In this document: piece by piece, positions 1 to 14,300 of the stretch
Numbering within the stretch: the first letter of the stretch is position 1
Layout: the number at the start of each line of letters is the position of its first letter
From: Lytechinus pictus
Taxonomy: Eukaryota
Length of the DNA stretch: 64,000 bases
Direction: 5' to 3'
Assembly: GCF_037042905.1 (NCBI RefSeq)
Contig: NC_087263.1
Span: forward strand, 10,294,001 to 10,358,000
Program-made: the position numbers and the translations under genes
The notes under the pieces: model-generated
Told to the model about the DNA's origin: nothing
Databases searched by the model: none
The model's input: the letters and a program-made list of their open reading frames with translations, nothing else

Positions 1-268
1 TTCCTTGTCACATCGATAGAAATTGAAATATTATATAATTCAAACAATAAAAACAAAAGAAATAGTGAGTGAGGGACATCATCGACTCTCTCATTTGCAT
101 ATCACTGAGTTGTCCATATAAATGTTTTGTGAAAAATAACCGAAACTTTCCAATACCATGACTTTCTTATTTTTACATCCGATTTTGATAAAACGTTCAG
201 TGTTGTGCTTGTTTGATTTTTCTCTATTTATTCAATTCAACATTTTTTTTCTGAGGTGGCCTAGACCT
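1..268. mobile_element. Right end of a TTAA-flanked (Kolobok-like) non-autonomous DNA transposon
   Basis: Matches 60690-60952; ends GACCT followed by TTAA. Confidence 0.7.
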
Positions 269-599
269 TTAACGTTTAAGATGCAAACATATGCTCACTG
301 TTTCATGAATATAATTTATTGCGGTTTGAACGTACTCGAGTTAAGGGTCTGAAAAACAGCAAGTTTAGTATGTGCTAGTCTTTGTGTGGAGATCCCAATT
401 GTTGATCATTGTTTCAATCAGGGCCAGTGACTAGATTCCTGACTTGAACCAAAGTACTAGGAGAGATGAAGTCCCTATTAATACAGTAGTGGTCTACATT
501 TGATTAGATTTGATTTATTTATCTACCAACAATATTCACATGTCACGTGCATCCTAATATACTCTGTTTGCACTTAAAGAAGCCAGCCGCCCCACTGCA

Positions 600-783
600 A
601 GTATGTGTGTGTATTTGAGTTTTGTCAGACGTGTATCAATCAGATATGATTATTTACGTCTGGGACCGACCTTTAACGTCACCATCAGAAAGACGTGACC
701 AGGGCTCGAACCTCGAACGTCTGCATCAATTTGTAACTTCCCCACATAGCTTGGATTACAAGCGCACGCCACAACGCCAAGTT
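600..783 (-). mobile_element. SINE-like element with 7SL-like head, B box, Deu-domain-like core and (CA)n tail
   Basis: Minus strand: ACTTGGCGTTGTGGCGTGCGCTTGTAATCCAAGCTA...GGTTCGAGCCC...GTCTTTCTGATGGTGACGTTAAAGGTCGGTCC...AAACTCAAATACACACACA. Confidence 0.6.
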
Positions 784-810
784 AATTTGGATGGATCAAT
801 GAGTAATGAT

Positions 811-855
811 TAAATAAAAAATATAAATAAATGAATGAATAAATACATACGTGAA

Positions 856-914
<59 letters not shown>

Positions 915-919
915 ATGAA

Positions 920-958
<39 letters not shown>

Positions 959-1055
959 ATAGATAAATAAATGAATGAATGAATTAATAAATAAATAAAT
1001 TAATTAAATAAGTAAATAAATAAATAAATAAATATATAACTAAATAAATAAATAA
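811..1055 (+). repeat. (TAAA)n microsatellite
   Basis: Directly visible. Confidence 0.95.
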
Positions 1056-2408
1056 GGTTAAACACACATCTCAAGGAGAACATCATCTGAATCGCCGATG
1101 ATTATTCATATGGTAGCGGTCTCCAGCATTTTTTTTTTGTCTACTCAACAAAGTACAACTTATAATATTGCAAACTAATACTATCTATATACATTTTTGC
1201 AAATGAATGATTATTATTTTTTTTTTTGTACAAAGAAATGAATCACTATTTTTTTTCTTTATGTTGTACATTATGTTTGTTAATTATTTCTGTTGGAAAA
1301 ATGCTGAAATAAAATCAAATCAAATATACATTATGTTTTGTACAATATTGTGAATTTGTACACTTTATTTTTAAATGTCAGAAGAAAAATAAAGTACACT
1401 TTGGTTGAATTGTATGAAAATTTTATTCATATTATTACTTTTTTTGTGTATTTATTTATTTATTTATTATTATGATGATGATGATTACTATTATTATTAT
1501 CATCCCTTTTTTGCTGAGGGGGGGGGGGGGTAGTCAACTCTTTATTGTTGACAATCCCCTTCATCGGGGATCGTTCCATCACAATTACCCGGGTGTTATC
1601 TTTTTTAAAGAAACGTACATATTATGATAGCTATGAAAGGAAGAGAGCATTCATTATAAAGAAAAATGCAAATCTGTCATTTTCTATTTATTAAAAAAAA
1701 ATTGACATTTTTATTTGGAAAATTAATTTTGTGATACATTTTGGTAATATACTTAGAAAATATAATCTTTACCTTTGTTTTCCGTATTTTTTTGTTGTCT
1801 TAGAAATTTATGGGGGCCGTGGTCCATGGTGTGACGCCTATGTAACGGCCTTTCACACTCTAACAAACCTTCGGAATATTGAACCTTTGGTACAATGAAT
1901 AACGAGCTAAAACAAAATCAAATACTCACATTGAAGAAAAGGGAGACAGATCAGATGTCTTGATAAGAACACTCTCCCTCTGCTACCCTAGAGATGTCCA
2001 GCGAATGAAATGACGAGTAAAATGAATATCATAGCATTGCTTTCCCAAATTGATAATTAGACCTATGTGTGTATTACCAGTATGAACTCCTTACTCATTG
2101 ATTTGCGCATGCGTGTTCTAATATCTGACCTGAAAATAATATCAGTCCATAAACGGAACCAAAAACAAAGTAAAACCAAAATAAACACGATATGATGTAG
2201 GAAGTTTTGAATATGATATTTGAAGGCCCCGAGCCAGAATTCTTTTTTTTTTGGAGAGTCTAAAATATATATTTTTTTTTCATGCTATACTATAGGATTG
2301 TGGTTTGAACTTCCTTCTTCGGGGATTTATGAAGGTGTATCAATCTTTGAGTGCTAAAAGAAATGAGAGTTTAAATTTTCTTTCTTATATTTTTCATTAT
2401 TTCCCTTT

Positions 2409-2440
<32 letters not shown>

Positions 2441-3328
2441 TATTTCTCCTCTCCTCCCTCTCTAGTTCTCTTCATTTCTCTGTCCCCACACCCCTCTCTC
2501 TAATACTGTACCCAATCGACATCACGCGAGTCTTGTATTCCCAGATTGCGTCTGTGAAAACCACATTACTATGCAGATCTCATTTCTAAAAGAGGAATAA
2601 TATTATCAATATATCACTTTCAGCGTCTCCTCAACTTCCTCATATTTCCATCTGTGCAGGTATATATTTTTTATATATCCACGATAACGTAATCAGCATA
2701 TAGCATGCATAATTATGTTGTTTCTTGACGAGATTTTTTTTAGTTTATGCCATATAATCTTGGGGATTGCATTTTGAAGAAAACATATCCTGCTTGAAGA
2801 CGGAACGAAGCCGCTGTTATTAGATGTATATTGTTTCTCTTTCGGTATTCCAGAATGAAAATTTGTTATAATCATATGACGACGATAAAGTAGGGGGAAA
2901 AAGCTGGTCCATCGAGCTTGAGGCAGCAGCATCCAGGTTTATCAATGTTATGGAAAATACGCCGACCCCTTTGTACGTATATAGGTTAAAGCAAATATAT
3001 CATATATATAAATGTACTATTATATATAATCCTGCTAGGTACTCATTCACCTCGCCTGGGTTGAGTGCAGCACGGTGTGGATACATTTCTTACAGGATTC
3101 GAGCCCACGACCCTCTGTTTAAAAGTCAGAACCACTAGACCACGACGCGCCCACGTAAACAAAGAAGATGTATTTAAAAACGATAGTAACTAAATTAAAA
3201 TCATTCAAAATAAACAAAGGGACTTGAATTTTTTTTTTTACTATTAAAGGAAGAGATATTGCTTAACTGTATTGGGATATTATTCCCGACTGTGGGACGT
3301 TAAACATGAATTAAATTTTTTGCAACAT

Positions 3329-3868
3329 TAATAATGATAATAATAATAATAATAATAGCCAATTTTTATAAAGCGCTTTTCCCAGAATGGCTCAAAGCGC
3401 GTTAGAGCATATTATTACCCCGGTCATTGGATTCATTTCAATCCCGCACGAAAAGTGCACAATTTCCACTCCCTGGGGAGAATTCCTTGTCCACAGGCGT
3501 ATCCCGCCACAAGCATGTGCTTCTAGGGACCTACGCCTTCTTCTGTACACATAAGTTGAATATATTTATATTCTTTAAGGAAATTGATTTCATATGAATT
3601 CTTGTTAACAAAAATGAAGAAATTTTGTAAAATGGAGGAAAATAAATTTTTATTTGAAATGAAAAAATGAAATGAATTCATCGCAGCCTCATTATAGCGC
3701 TGGCAAAATCAAACATACAATATCTTTCGCATCCTACCGGGTACCCATTTAGCACCTGGGTCGAGAGTGGCAACGTGTGGATTAACGCCTTGCCAAAGGA
3801 CGCTAGACCGCGGTGGGATTCTGTTTACAAGGCGAGAGTCAGAACCACTACACCACGGCTCTTCCACA
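3329..3868 (-). mobile_element. tRNA-derived SINE, interrupted; present only in duplication copy A
   Basis: Same family as 37601-37950; (TAA)n at 3329-3356; empty site near 9818. Confidence 0.75.
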
Positions 3869-3879
3869 TTGGTTCTAAT

Positions 3880-4520
3880 CTTTGGTAAATGAACATTTGT
3901 GGCAGTAAGAGTGTTACAATCATGAAAAGTATTTTTGAGGGAAAACAACTTATAATGCATATTTTTGGTTATCGAAATCAAGAAACCGAAAGCGATTAGA
4001 CAAATAATTTCTCAATAAGAATAACAAATTAGCATAAATACCATAAATTTCTACAAAATCTTATGATCCAAAGTATCAAACGCTTTATTCAAATTAAAAA
4101 ACAAACCAATCATGTAATCCTTAGAATCTATAGAATGTGAAACTTTATCAATAAAATCGAGAAGAGCCAACGATGCGGACGAGTGACCCGAACAAAATCC
4201 ATGTTGATTTTCAAATAAAAGATTATGAAAAAGCATATTTTCTAACCATTTGTATAAACTTTTCGACTATCAATTATTGAAAATAGTGGAAGAACAAAAA
4301 CAAAGGTTGATTGTTTGTAATGTCACTGGTGTTTCCGTTGACTTGATGACTGGAATAACCTTGGCTATTTTCAGTTTCCCTGGAAATGAACCAATTGTAA
4401 TAAATGAATTAAAAATGAAACGAAGGGGGGGGGCAGAAATTAAATTGATTATCCGTTTTATGTCATGAATATCGATACCATCATATCCTGCACTAGTTCG
4501 ATTATTAATTTTAAAGGAGA
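3880..4520 (-). mobile_element. Degenerate LINE RT fragment (duplication copy A)
   Basis: ENQHGF...ALLDFIDKV...IGLFFNLNKAFDTLDHKIL remnant; SAGYDGIDI remnant near 4470-4495. Confidence 0.8.
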
Positions 4521-7500
4521 CACAATATTAACGATTTGATTGTTATTGTTCATGTCTGAGTTTGAGAGATTTTATCTTTATTAACATACAGACGTATTTT
4601 AGTATTATCAAGACATTGATAATTTGGCAGATCGATAATGATTTGCTTCTAGATCATTATAATGATTGTTTAACAAGTTTTAAGGCAATTAACGAAGAAC
4701 CGTATTGAAGATTTATGACGTAGGAAAAAAAATTATTCTGACTTATAACTTTTTAAGATTCGGAATATACATATTCTATGTAAACTTCTTTCATATGAAG
4801 CAAAAATTGGTCTAGATTTGCACAGAGTATATAGGCTTATCCCATATCTTGAGTGCCCTCGTTTTTATTTCCGAAATCATTTATTGTGAGATTTTTGTTA
4901 ATTGGATTGAAGATTATTGATATTATTATATTCTGATAGGACAGTGAATTTGACATTTTGTGTCTTATTGTTTAAATTTAAATACGTACGTCTCATTTTA
5001 ATTGAATGTATTTGATATTGATTATAATCATGATTGATTTTAAAAACTTGTTGGTTTCGCTGAATTTCACTTTAATTCTGCAATTCTGTAAGATGCAAGA
5101 TAGTCTGCACAGTGTGATTGTGTTTTTCCCCCAGATAGTGCATTTTAATTCTGCACATTAGTTGAAACAGTTTTCTAGGATAATTTTTATAGATTTTTAC
5201 ATTTTTGTTTGATGTGTTGTATGTGAGATTGAGAGAAAGGGTAGGCAGAAGGTAAATTTGAAAGTTTCACAAAGTACATTCTATTTTATGCCAATTGTTA
5301 CGCATTTCTTTTCCCCTGTTGTTCTAACTGTTTCCGTTTAACACGTGTTCATGGTGTTAAATACTTAGTGATTTTTGATCAACCTAATTCCATATATCGC
5401 CACTCATTTATGTTTCTTGTTACCTTTGCAAGGTCGAATGGAGTTCAATCGTTCACTTTTTACTGTGTATTGACTGGCTGTTTCATATGTATTTTTTATC
5501 CATATATAATATATACCTTGTTTTTACATTTGCGTTTTTTGTCAATTTATATGTTTGTTTGTTTTACCTTGTATATTAGCATTTGCAATTCAGTCTTCGG
5601 CTGCAGCGAATGTTTTTTGATATATCAATAAAGACCATTATTATTTATTACTATTAGTATCATTATTATGATTGTGAATTTTAATTGTTTTAGTCTATTG
5701 GAACATTATTTCAAAAATTTTCAACAAAATGTGGAAAAGCCACCCTTTCCTATTAACAAAAGGGGATGTCATGTTAAAATAAGAACTATCTCACATATTC
5801 AGTCGTTTAGTGGACCACGAATCCTATTCATGCTTATACAAACAGCGCTTAAATGTCCCAGGGTGTTTTTAACAAAATAAAAAAAAAATCAGCTCACGCT
5901 TCGCACTTGCATTATTTATATGGTAAGATACAAGCATTTTTTAATGTTAGATGCCCGTTTTATTTGAAGTTGGAATATTTAGTCGGCGCTTAGCTCTGGC
6001 GTCAATGCCCTCCTGTTCATAGCATGATTAAAAAACTTATAATTAGAAGGTTTAATTTACACGTCTTAATACAATTCTGATAATAATGTCAGCTCTCACT
6101 TCGCGCTTACATTATTTATGTATGCGTGATAAAATGTTATACTAAAAAATTTAGTCTACAGGACTAAACCCCCCCCCCCCCCCTCGATCCACAAACACAG
6201 CTTTTAGCGCTCGATTTGGGGGGAAACATGAATTAATACCCCCAATTGGTGAAAGCTGGATCCGCCCCTAGATGGACACAGAATTTTGTATCTTGCCATT
6301 CGGGACATTACTTTGTCGGAATATTATAGTGCCTTCTCCAGAGAGGCCCTTTTTGGATGGCGATCCGATAGAGGTCCGCAAACCACCGCAAAACTTAATT
6401 ATCAGTTACGCTAATTGCCTCTTCACATCCCCACTTGTTAATACGAAGATAAATTTGGGAGATTCGTGCTTTGCAATGGTTAGATCCTCTGTAGAAAAGT
6501 TCAAACTTAGACTTACAACGACTTTTCCATTAATGATTTCCATACATTCTTCTTTCCCTTTTCCAAATTTATTTTTTTCAAGCATTTCAGTAGCTCTTGA
6601 TTATAGCGCAGAAGTATGTACGTAGTTTCTGTGCTATACAATATCTGACCAGAAAATAATATAAATCAATAAAGGGAACCAAAACAACAACAAAAAACGA
6701 TATGTAGGAAGTTTTCAACATGATATTTGAAGGCTCCGAGCCAGTTTTTTTTGTGAGGAAAGTCTAAAATATATATTATATTTTCATGATATACTGTAGG
6801 ATTGTGGTTTGTAGGTTTATCAATCTCTGAGTTCTAAGAGAAATGAGAGTTTAAATTCGTTAAGATACATTTTGATTTTTTTACAATAAAATAAAGATAC
6901 AGATAACTTATGACAAAATTCAAAGCTGATATAATAATGGAATTACAATATTCAAAGAGTGTAGTAGTGTAGTGTGGTTTACTAATAACAAGGTTTGAGA
7001 TGCAGTAAGTGAATTCATTGGGGAAAAAAATGAAGGAAGCAAATGGAACAAGGAAGAGGAAAGAAGGAAAGAAAAAGAAAGAAAGAAAGAAAAGGGAACC
7101 ATGGAAAACGAAAGAAGAAAGTGAGAAGCAAATGAAAACAAAAGAAGAGAAGAGAAAGGGAAATAAAGAAGGGGGGTCTTTTCCTTTTTCATTATTCCCC
7201 ACTTCTCCCTTTGTTTTCTTTTTCTTCTCACTTTCTCACCTTCTGTAATATCCCTGTGTTTCCCTTTTCTTTGTTTCTTTTTCCCTGTTCTTCTTTAGTT
7301 TCCTTTCTCTTCTCTTCTTTTGTTTTCTTTTGCTTCTCATTTTTTTCTTTCGTTTTCCCTTGATTCTATTTTCTTTCCTATATTTTTCATTATTTCCCTT
7401 TTCTTTCTTTCTTTCTTTCTTTATTTTCCTTTCTCTTCTGTTCTTTTGTTTTCCTTTGCTTCTCATTTTCTTCTTTCGTTTTCCCTTGTTTCCATTTTCT

Positions 7501-8159
7501 TTCTTATATTTTTCATTATTTCCCTTTTCTTTCTTTCTTTCTTTCTTTCTTTCTTTATTTCTCCTCTCCTCCCTCTCTTGTTCTCTCCATTTCTCTCCCT
7601 CTCCCCACACCCCTCTCTCTAATACTGTACCCAATCGACATCACACGAGTCTTGTATTCCCAAATTACGTCCATGATTACGTCTGTCAAAACCACATTAC
7701 TATGCAGATCTCATTTCTAAAAGAGGAATAATATTATCAATATATCACTTTCAACGTCTCCTCAACTTCCTCATATTTCCATCTGTATAGGTATTTTTCT
7801 TATATATCCACGATAACGTAATCAGCATTTACCATGCACAATTATGTTGTTGCTTATTCTATGACGAGATTTTCTTTGAGTTTGTGCCATATAATCTTGG
7901 GGATTACATATTGAAGCAAACATATCCTGCTTGAAAAGGGAATGAAGCCGCTGTTATTAGATGTATATTGTTTTTCTTTTGGTATTCCAGAATGAGAGTT
8001 TGTAATTATCATAATTATGACGACGATAAAGTAGGGGAAAAAAGCTGGTCCATCGAGCTTGAGGCAGCATCATCCATGTTTATCAATATTATGGGAAATC
8101 CCGTGGGAAATACGCCGACCCCTTTGTACATAGGTTAAAGCAAATATATTATATATATA

Positions 8160-9456
8160 CAGTGCACATGGGCGGAAATCCCAGGGGGGACAGGGGGGAC
8201 GCGTCCCCCCTACTCAAAATAGTAGGGGGGACACAATATCAAATGTCCCCCCTACTATTTTTTGTCTTTTGTGATGAAAAGAAATACATCGAAATAAAAC
8301 ATGTATTTTGGACGAGATAACCTTAATTTTGGGGTGACAACTTTTTTTTTTTTTTTTGCTTGTCAAATTGGTTTTTGTCGAAATGACCTTATATTTTTGG
8401 TGATAACCCTTTTTTTTTTTGCTTGTCAATTTTCCAGCCCCTTGTCCCCCTTACCTTTTGTGAGAGATTTCCGCCCCTGACAGTGCATATCAAAAAAAGT
8501 TTACACTTTGAAAAAGCCCTGGGAATTAAAAAATATACAACATGTGGATAATTTTTTCACTTATAATCTTGGGTTCGGGTCTCATTTATCTAATGAAAGT
8601 AAAAGTTTTGACAGAATGCTACACTTGACTGAGCACTGTCCATTTTTGTAAAGCTCGCAGAAATCTGTTTGCGCAGAAATGCTCTAATTCACGCTGTGTC
8701 AAGGGAAAAGGGCGAAATCAAACTTACCCTGCGAAAAATTTCTCATACATTTCCCTTGCACTTTTGGTCACTTGAAATAAAACGGATACATTCAAGCATT
8801 TTGTAACAATTTTGCCACCCAAAATTGAAATTTCAACACCTAGTAAGCACAACCTTTACCCTTTTTGTGCCAGCTGGATCTGAGGACATAACTGAATTTG
8901 AACAAAAGTTTATATCAGACATCTCCAGCATTTTCATTCACTAAGTTTTTATCATTTAAAGTGGGTTTACATTTCATTTTTCATTAATACTTGTTTATCC
9001 ACACTTTTCCCAAACTTGACAATGATTAACAAAATGAAAGTCAAGCCTAAGCCATTTCATGTAAATCATAGCTCAGTGTAAAACAAATATCGTCACGATG
9101 GCCTCGGTGTGTGGGGTAGTGGGGTGGGGCGCAATGAAGAGTTTTGGGCAAGGAAACAAGATAAAAAAGGTAAAAGATATCTTCAAATCAATTTTACTAG
9201 CTAAATTCAACGTGTTCTTCATGATTAAGGTCTACTTTTATTCGCATAACAATTTCAAAGTTCTGCGCAAATCATTTTCACTAACTTTTCAAAAGTAAGT
9301 GGTGCTCACTCAAGCGGAATTTTTTTCGACAGTTATATCGTCATTTGCTTAAATGGATCTGTCCCAATGTTAAAATGTGGAAAAATGTTCAGCATACTAC
9401 AAATGTATAATTTTACAGGATTTTTCTAAGTGTAAACTTTGTTTTGATACGCACTG
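8160..9456. mobile_element. Tc1/mariner-like non-autonomous element, TA TSD
   Basis: TIR CAGTGC(A/G)TATCAAAA..AAGTTTACACTT at 8481-8508 and inverted at 9428-9456. TA flanks; empty site near 3005. Confidence 0.85.
8167..8479. mobile_element. hAT-like MITE nested in the left TIR of the Tc1-like element
   Basis: TIR CA(T/G)GGGCGGAAATC; 8-bp TSD ACAGTGCA at 8159-8166 and 8480-8487. Confidence 0.88.
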
Positions 9457-9489
9457 TATATTAATGTATATGTATATTATATATAATCC

Positions 9490-9640
9490 TGCTGGGTACT
9501 CATTCACCTAACCTGGGTTGAGTGCAGCACGGTTTGCATACATTTCTTGCTGAAGGAAAACACGCTATGGCTAGGATTCGAACCCACGACCCTCTGTTTA
9601 AAGGCGAGAGTCAGAACGACTAGACAAGGACGCGCCCACG
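9490..9640 (-). mobile_element. Truncated tRNA-derived SINE (paralogous copy at about 3033-3155)
   Basis: GGATTCGAACCC (B box on -) and core GTACTCATTCACC...CTGGGTTGAGTG. Confidence 0.75.
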
Positions 9641-9829
9641 TAAACAAAGAAGATGTATTTAAAAACGTAGTAACTAATTAAAATCATGCGAAACCAAAAG
9701 AAAGGGACTTGAATTGTTTTTTAAACTATATTAGAAGAAGAGAGTGATATTGCTTAACTTTATTGGGATATTATTCCCGACTGTGGGACGTTTAAAATGA
9801 ATTGATTTTTTTACAACATTGGTTGTAAT

Positions 9830-10860
9830 CTTTGGTAAATGAAAATTTGCGGCAATAAGAGTGTTATAATCATGAAAAGTATTACTGATGGAAAATTTAG
9901 AAAGTATATATGGTGCTTATAATCCTTTAGAACACAAAAACATAAAAAGGGCAATTTTTAAAGTATTTGTGTCATATTCATTTGACCTATTCAACTGAAC
10001 AAAGTGGAGATCGGTGGAATGAGGGGCATTACAAATTGATCGAATTGCCTTTTTCTGAAGTATGAATAAGTTTGAACTAAAAGGATTATTCTCACAAGCC
10101 CACGCAATAATACAGTAGTTTATTTGTGATGAAATCATTAGCCACGCCATGAAGTTTAACCACAGAAACTTGGGATAATATATGTTCTGACGATTGAGTC
10201 GTAGAATGAGATCATTTAGGTAATTTTTTTTGGAAACCCTGGAACCCTGGGGCACTCCGCATCGAATCAACTTACAATGAATATTTTGGTTATCGAAATC
10301 AACAAACCGAAAGCGATTAGACTAATAATTTCTCAATAAGGATAACAAATTACCATGAATTCCATAAATTTTTAATTTAGTCAACAACACATTATGATCC
10401 AATTAAAGTATCCAACGCTTTACTTAAATCTTAAAAAAAAAACAATCATTTCATTCTTAGTATCTATAGAATGTGAAACTCTATCAATAAATTCGAGAAG
10501 AGCCAAATGATGCAAAGTGATCCGAACTAAATCCATATTGATTTCCAAATAAAATATTACATGAAGACAAAATTATCATAACCGTTTGCATAAACATTTT
10601 TGGAATATCATTGAAAATAGTGGAAGAACAGAAATAAAGGTCGATAGTTTGTAATGTTACTGGTTCTACCGTTTTTGACGACTGGAATAACCTTTGCTAT
10701 TTAGTTTATCTGGAAATGAACCAATTGTAATAAATGAATTAAAAATGAAACAAAGGGGGCAGAAACTAGTATCCGTTTTATAACATGAATATCGATACCA
10801 TCATATCCTGCACTATAGTTCGATTATTTATAGGAGACACAATATTAACGATTTGATTGT
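9830..10860 (-). mobile_element. Degenerate LINE RT fragment (duplication copy B)
   Basis: CGVPQGS...INYCIIAW...LFILQKKAIRSIC remnant; collinear with 3880-4520. Confidence 0.8.
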
Positions 10861-11370
10861 TATTGATCATGTCTGTGTTTTAGAGATTTTCTCTTTATTA
10901 TAACATACAGACGTATTAAGTATTATCAAGACAATGATTTTTTTGGGAGATATAGATCATTATAATGATCTGGGACCCATAGAAAGAGTTGCGATCAAAC
11001 GCAACTCAAAAAAATCTTGAGCAACTTGATTTTCAGCCAATGAAGCACCAGTATTCGAGACTTGCGCTTGATATTTTGACTTGCGTTAAACACGTAACTC
11101 TTTCTGCAAGAGGCCCCAGATGATTGTTGACAAGTTTAAATGCACTTGTCGAACAACCGTTTTGAAGATTTATGAGATAGGAAATTTTGTCTTATGATAT
11201 AAGATTCGGATTATACAATATTCTTTGTACACTTCTTTCATATGAAGTAAAATTGGTCTAGATTTGCACAGAGTATATAGGCTTATCCAATATCTTGAGC
11301 GCCCGATCGTTTATTTCCGAAATCATATTATTGTGAGATTTTTGTTAATTGGATTGAAGATTATTGATAT

Positions 11371-14300
11371 TTATTTATTTATTTATTTTTATTTATTGAT
11401 ATATTCATATTCCACAATCATCAAAGTACATTTATAATAAATCATTTTAACACTAAAAAAAAATGCATAACACACAGGATTGAAACGTAGCAATGAAATG
11501 AAAAAAGTGGAGGGGTCTACTAAAAAGCAAAGCTTGTAAAATGTAGACCCCCTATCAAAATTTTATACAAGGGTAATATGATATAAGTAGAGTAAAATAA
11601 TCAGCAAAATTCTATAAAATTATATATAAACACTGTAACACAAATGGATTTACACTATATACAAAATTAAATATTGACTTTAAAATAATCAATAATACCG
11701 TGGGTAAGTATGAGGTTCACAAAATATTTGATTGAATCAATAAGAATTCAGAATAAATTTTTTGATGAGTAATTTAAATCGGTTTAGATTAGCTGCCTCT
11801 TTTATTACTCTGTCCAGAGAATTCCAGAGTTTTGGTCCTGTGAAAAATACAGTTTTGCTAGAAGATACTGTTCTACTTTTGGGTAAGTGATAGTCATTTG
11901 AATGTCTCGTATTATATGAATGTAAAGTATTGTTTCTCATAAATTTCTTTTGTAGGACATTAGGTACACTATTTCTATCTAGCTGATACATGAATTGGAA
12001 TAGTTGCAAGCGGTACAGGTCATTGACTTTAAGGATACGTTTATGACGAAACAATTCATCTGTATGAGCTCTAAAGGACATATTGCATATTATTCTCAGT
12101 ACTTTTTTCTGAAGTAGCAAGACTTTATTGAGTCTCGTTTGAGAGGCATTACCCCATGCCAGAATTCCATAATTAAGATATGGTAGAATTAATGCACAAT
12201 ACAACATGGATAGCGCCTGTGCTGGAAGAGCGTTTTTAAGCTTATTGATGACTCCAATATTTCTTGCCACAGTTTTGCAAATATTGTTGATATGAGCATT
12301 CCACGTAAGCTTGTGATCAATAGTAAGACCTAAGAATTTTGTTGTTTGCACTTCTTTGATTTCAGTATTATCTAAAAGTATTTGATGCGGTAGATGTTTC
12401 AATAAATGACTAAAAAGCATATAATTAGTTTTTTGCAGATTCAATGACAGTTTGTTGGCTTTAATCCAGTTTGTTACTTTTTTAAATTCTGCATTCATAG
12501 TGCTCACAAGTACATGTGGATCATGATGTGTAAAGAAAATATTGGAATCATCAGCAAAGAGAATAAATGAGAGAACATGAGATGAATTTTTCATATCATT
12601 AACATAAAGTACAAATAGCAAAGGGCCAAGAATACTACCTTGTGGAATTCCACAGGAAACTGGCCTTGTTGGAGATTCTGATTCATTTACTGTAACAAAC
12701 TGAATTCTATCAGTAAGATAACTCCTAAACCATTGTAAAGCTGTCCCTCTGATACCGTAATTTGATAGCTTACATAATAGTATTTCATGATCTATTGTAT
12801 CAAACGCTTTTGAGAAGTCGAGGAATAACCCTACGGTGTGATCAGAATCGTCAAAAGAAGTAGATATTTTATTTATTAATGTCAATATAGCATGAGTTGT
12901 ATTATGTTTTTCTCTAAAACCGAATTGATTATCACATATAATACTATATTTCTTAAGGAAAGCAACTGTCCTTTTATAAATTATCCTTTCAAGAATTTTT
13001 GAGAACGAAGTTAACAAAGATATTGGGCGGTAATTACTAGTAATTAATTGGTCTCCCTTCTTGAAAATGGGTATAACTTTAGCTATTTTCATCTTCTTTG
13101 GGACCAGGCCAAGCTGCAACGATAAATTAAATATATGAAGCAGAGGATCAGCAAGAGAATGTATAATGTTTTTCACAACTCTATTTGTAATGCCATCATA
13201 TAACCGGGAGTCTTTTCTGCTTTCAAATTAAATACAATCTCGAGTAATTCTTCTCTATGAACTGGAGTAAGAAATATTGAACTTTTATTTTGTTTATCCA
13301 AAAAGTCCTTAAACGAATTTTCTACAGGCATAATATTTCCAGCTAACTTTGGTCCAATTTGAGAGAAATATGTATTAAATTCATTTGCTATAGAATGAGT
13401 ATCTTCAACCATATTTCCATCTACACATAATTTATGAACAGCACTAGATTTGTTAATTTTGTTTAGAGCCCCATTTATTGTTTTCCATGTATTTTTAAGG
13501 TCGTTTTTATATGAATTTAATTTTTCTGAATAAAACCTCTTTTTTGCTATTCGGAGAGTAGTTGTTAAGGTATTTTTATAAGACGTGTATCTATTCCTTG
13601 AAATATCATTTGGATTTGATATATAAGAAACATACAGATTATTTTTCCGATTTATAGACCTTAATATCAATTTTGAAACCCATGGGAGCTTTGGAACACG
13701 TTTATAATCGTAATTTCGATATTTCTTTAAAGGAACACAAGAATCTAAGCAGTCATTGAAAGATTTCAAAAATATGTCAAATGAGTCATCGACATTCACA
13801 TTCGAGTTATAAACGTCAGACCAATCAACAGAGCTTAAATCTTCTTGAAGGCGTTCAATATTTTTATCACTAAAGTTGCGACAGATCCTATATTTCTTTT
13901 CCATTTTTGCGAGTGATTGCATTGTTTGGATATGGGTAAAAATAAGAAAATGATCGGATATGTCTGTCGTTACAATGCCAGCTTTCGGAAGAGGGTGAGA
14001 GTTACAGAATATATTATCTATAAGCGTAGCAGAATGATCAGTAATACGGGTTGGTCTAGAAATAATAGGCAAAAAAGTAGAAGATAACATTAATTCAAGG
14101 AAATCATTTGTTAAAGAGTGATTACTGGTCAAGAGATTAATATTGAAATCACCAGTGATGATACAATTGTTATTTATCAATTCTCCGTTTTGCAAAAGTT
14201 CATTAGTAGCAAGTAAAAAATCTTCTATACAAGAAGTTTGAGGAGGTCTGTAGATGACACCTATTAGAGTTTTCTTATCTTTTTGAATTTTTACTTCTAC

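Noticed and set aside
735..783. Functional 7SL RNA gene
   Set aside because: Similarity stops after about 45 nt, with no S domain or poly-T terminator; kept as a SINE head instead.
6834..7731. K/R/E-rich and F/L/S-rich ORFs
   Set aside because: Products of purine/pyrimidine low-complexity tracts with no splice-consistent model.
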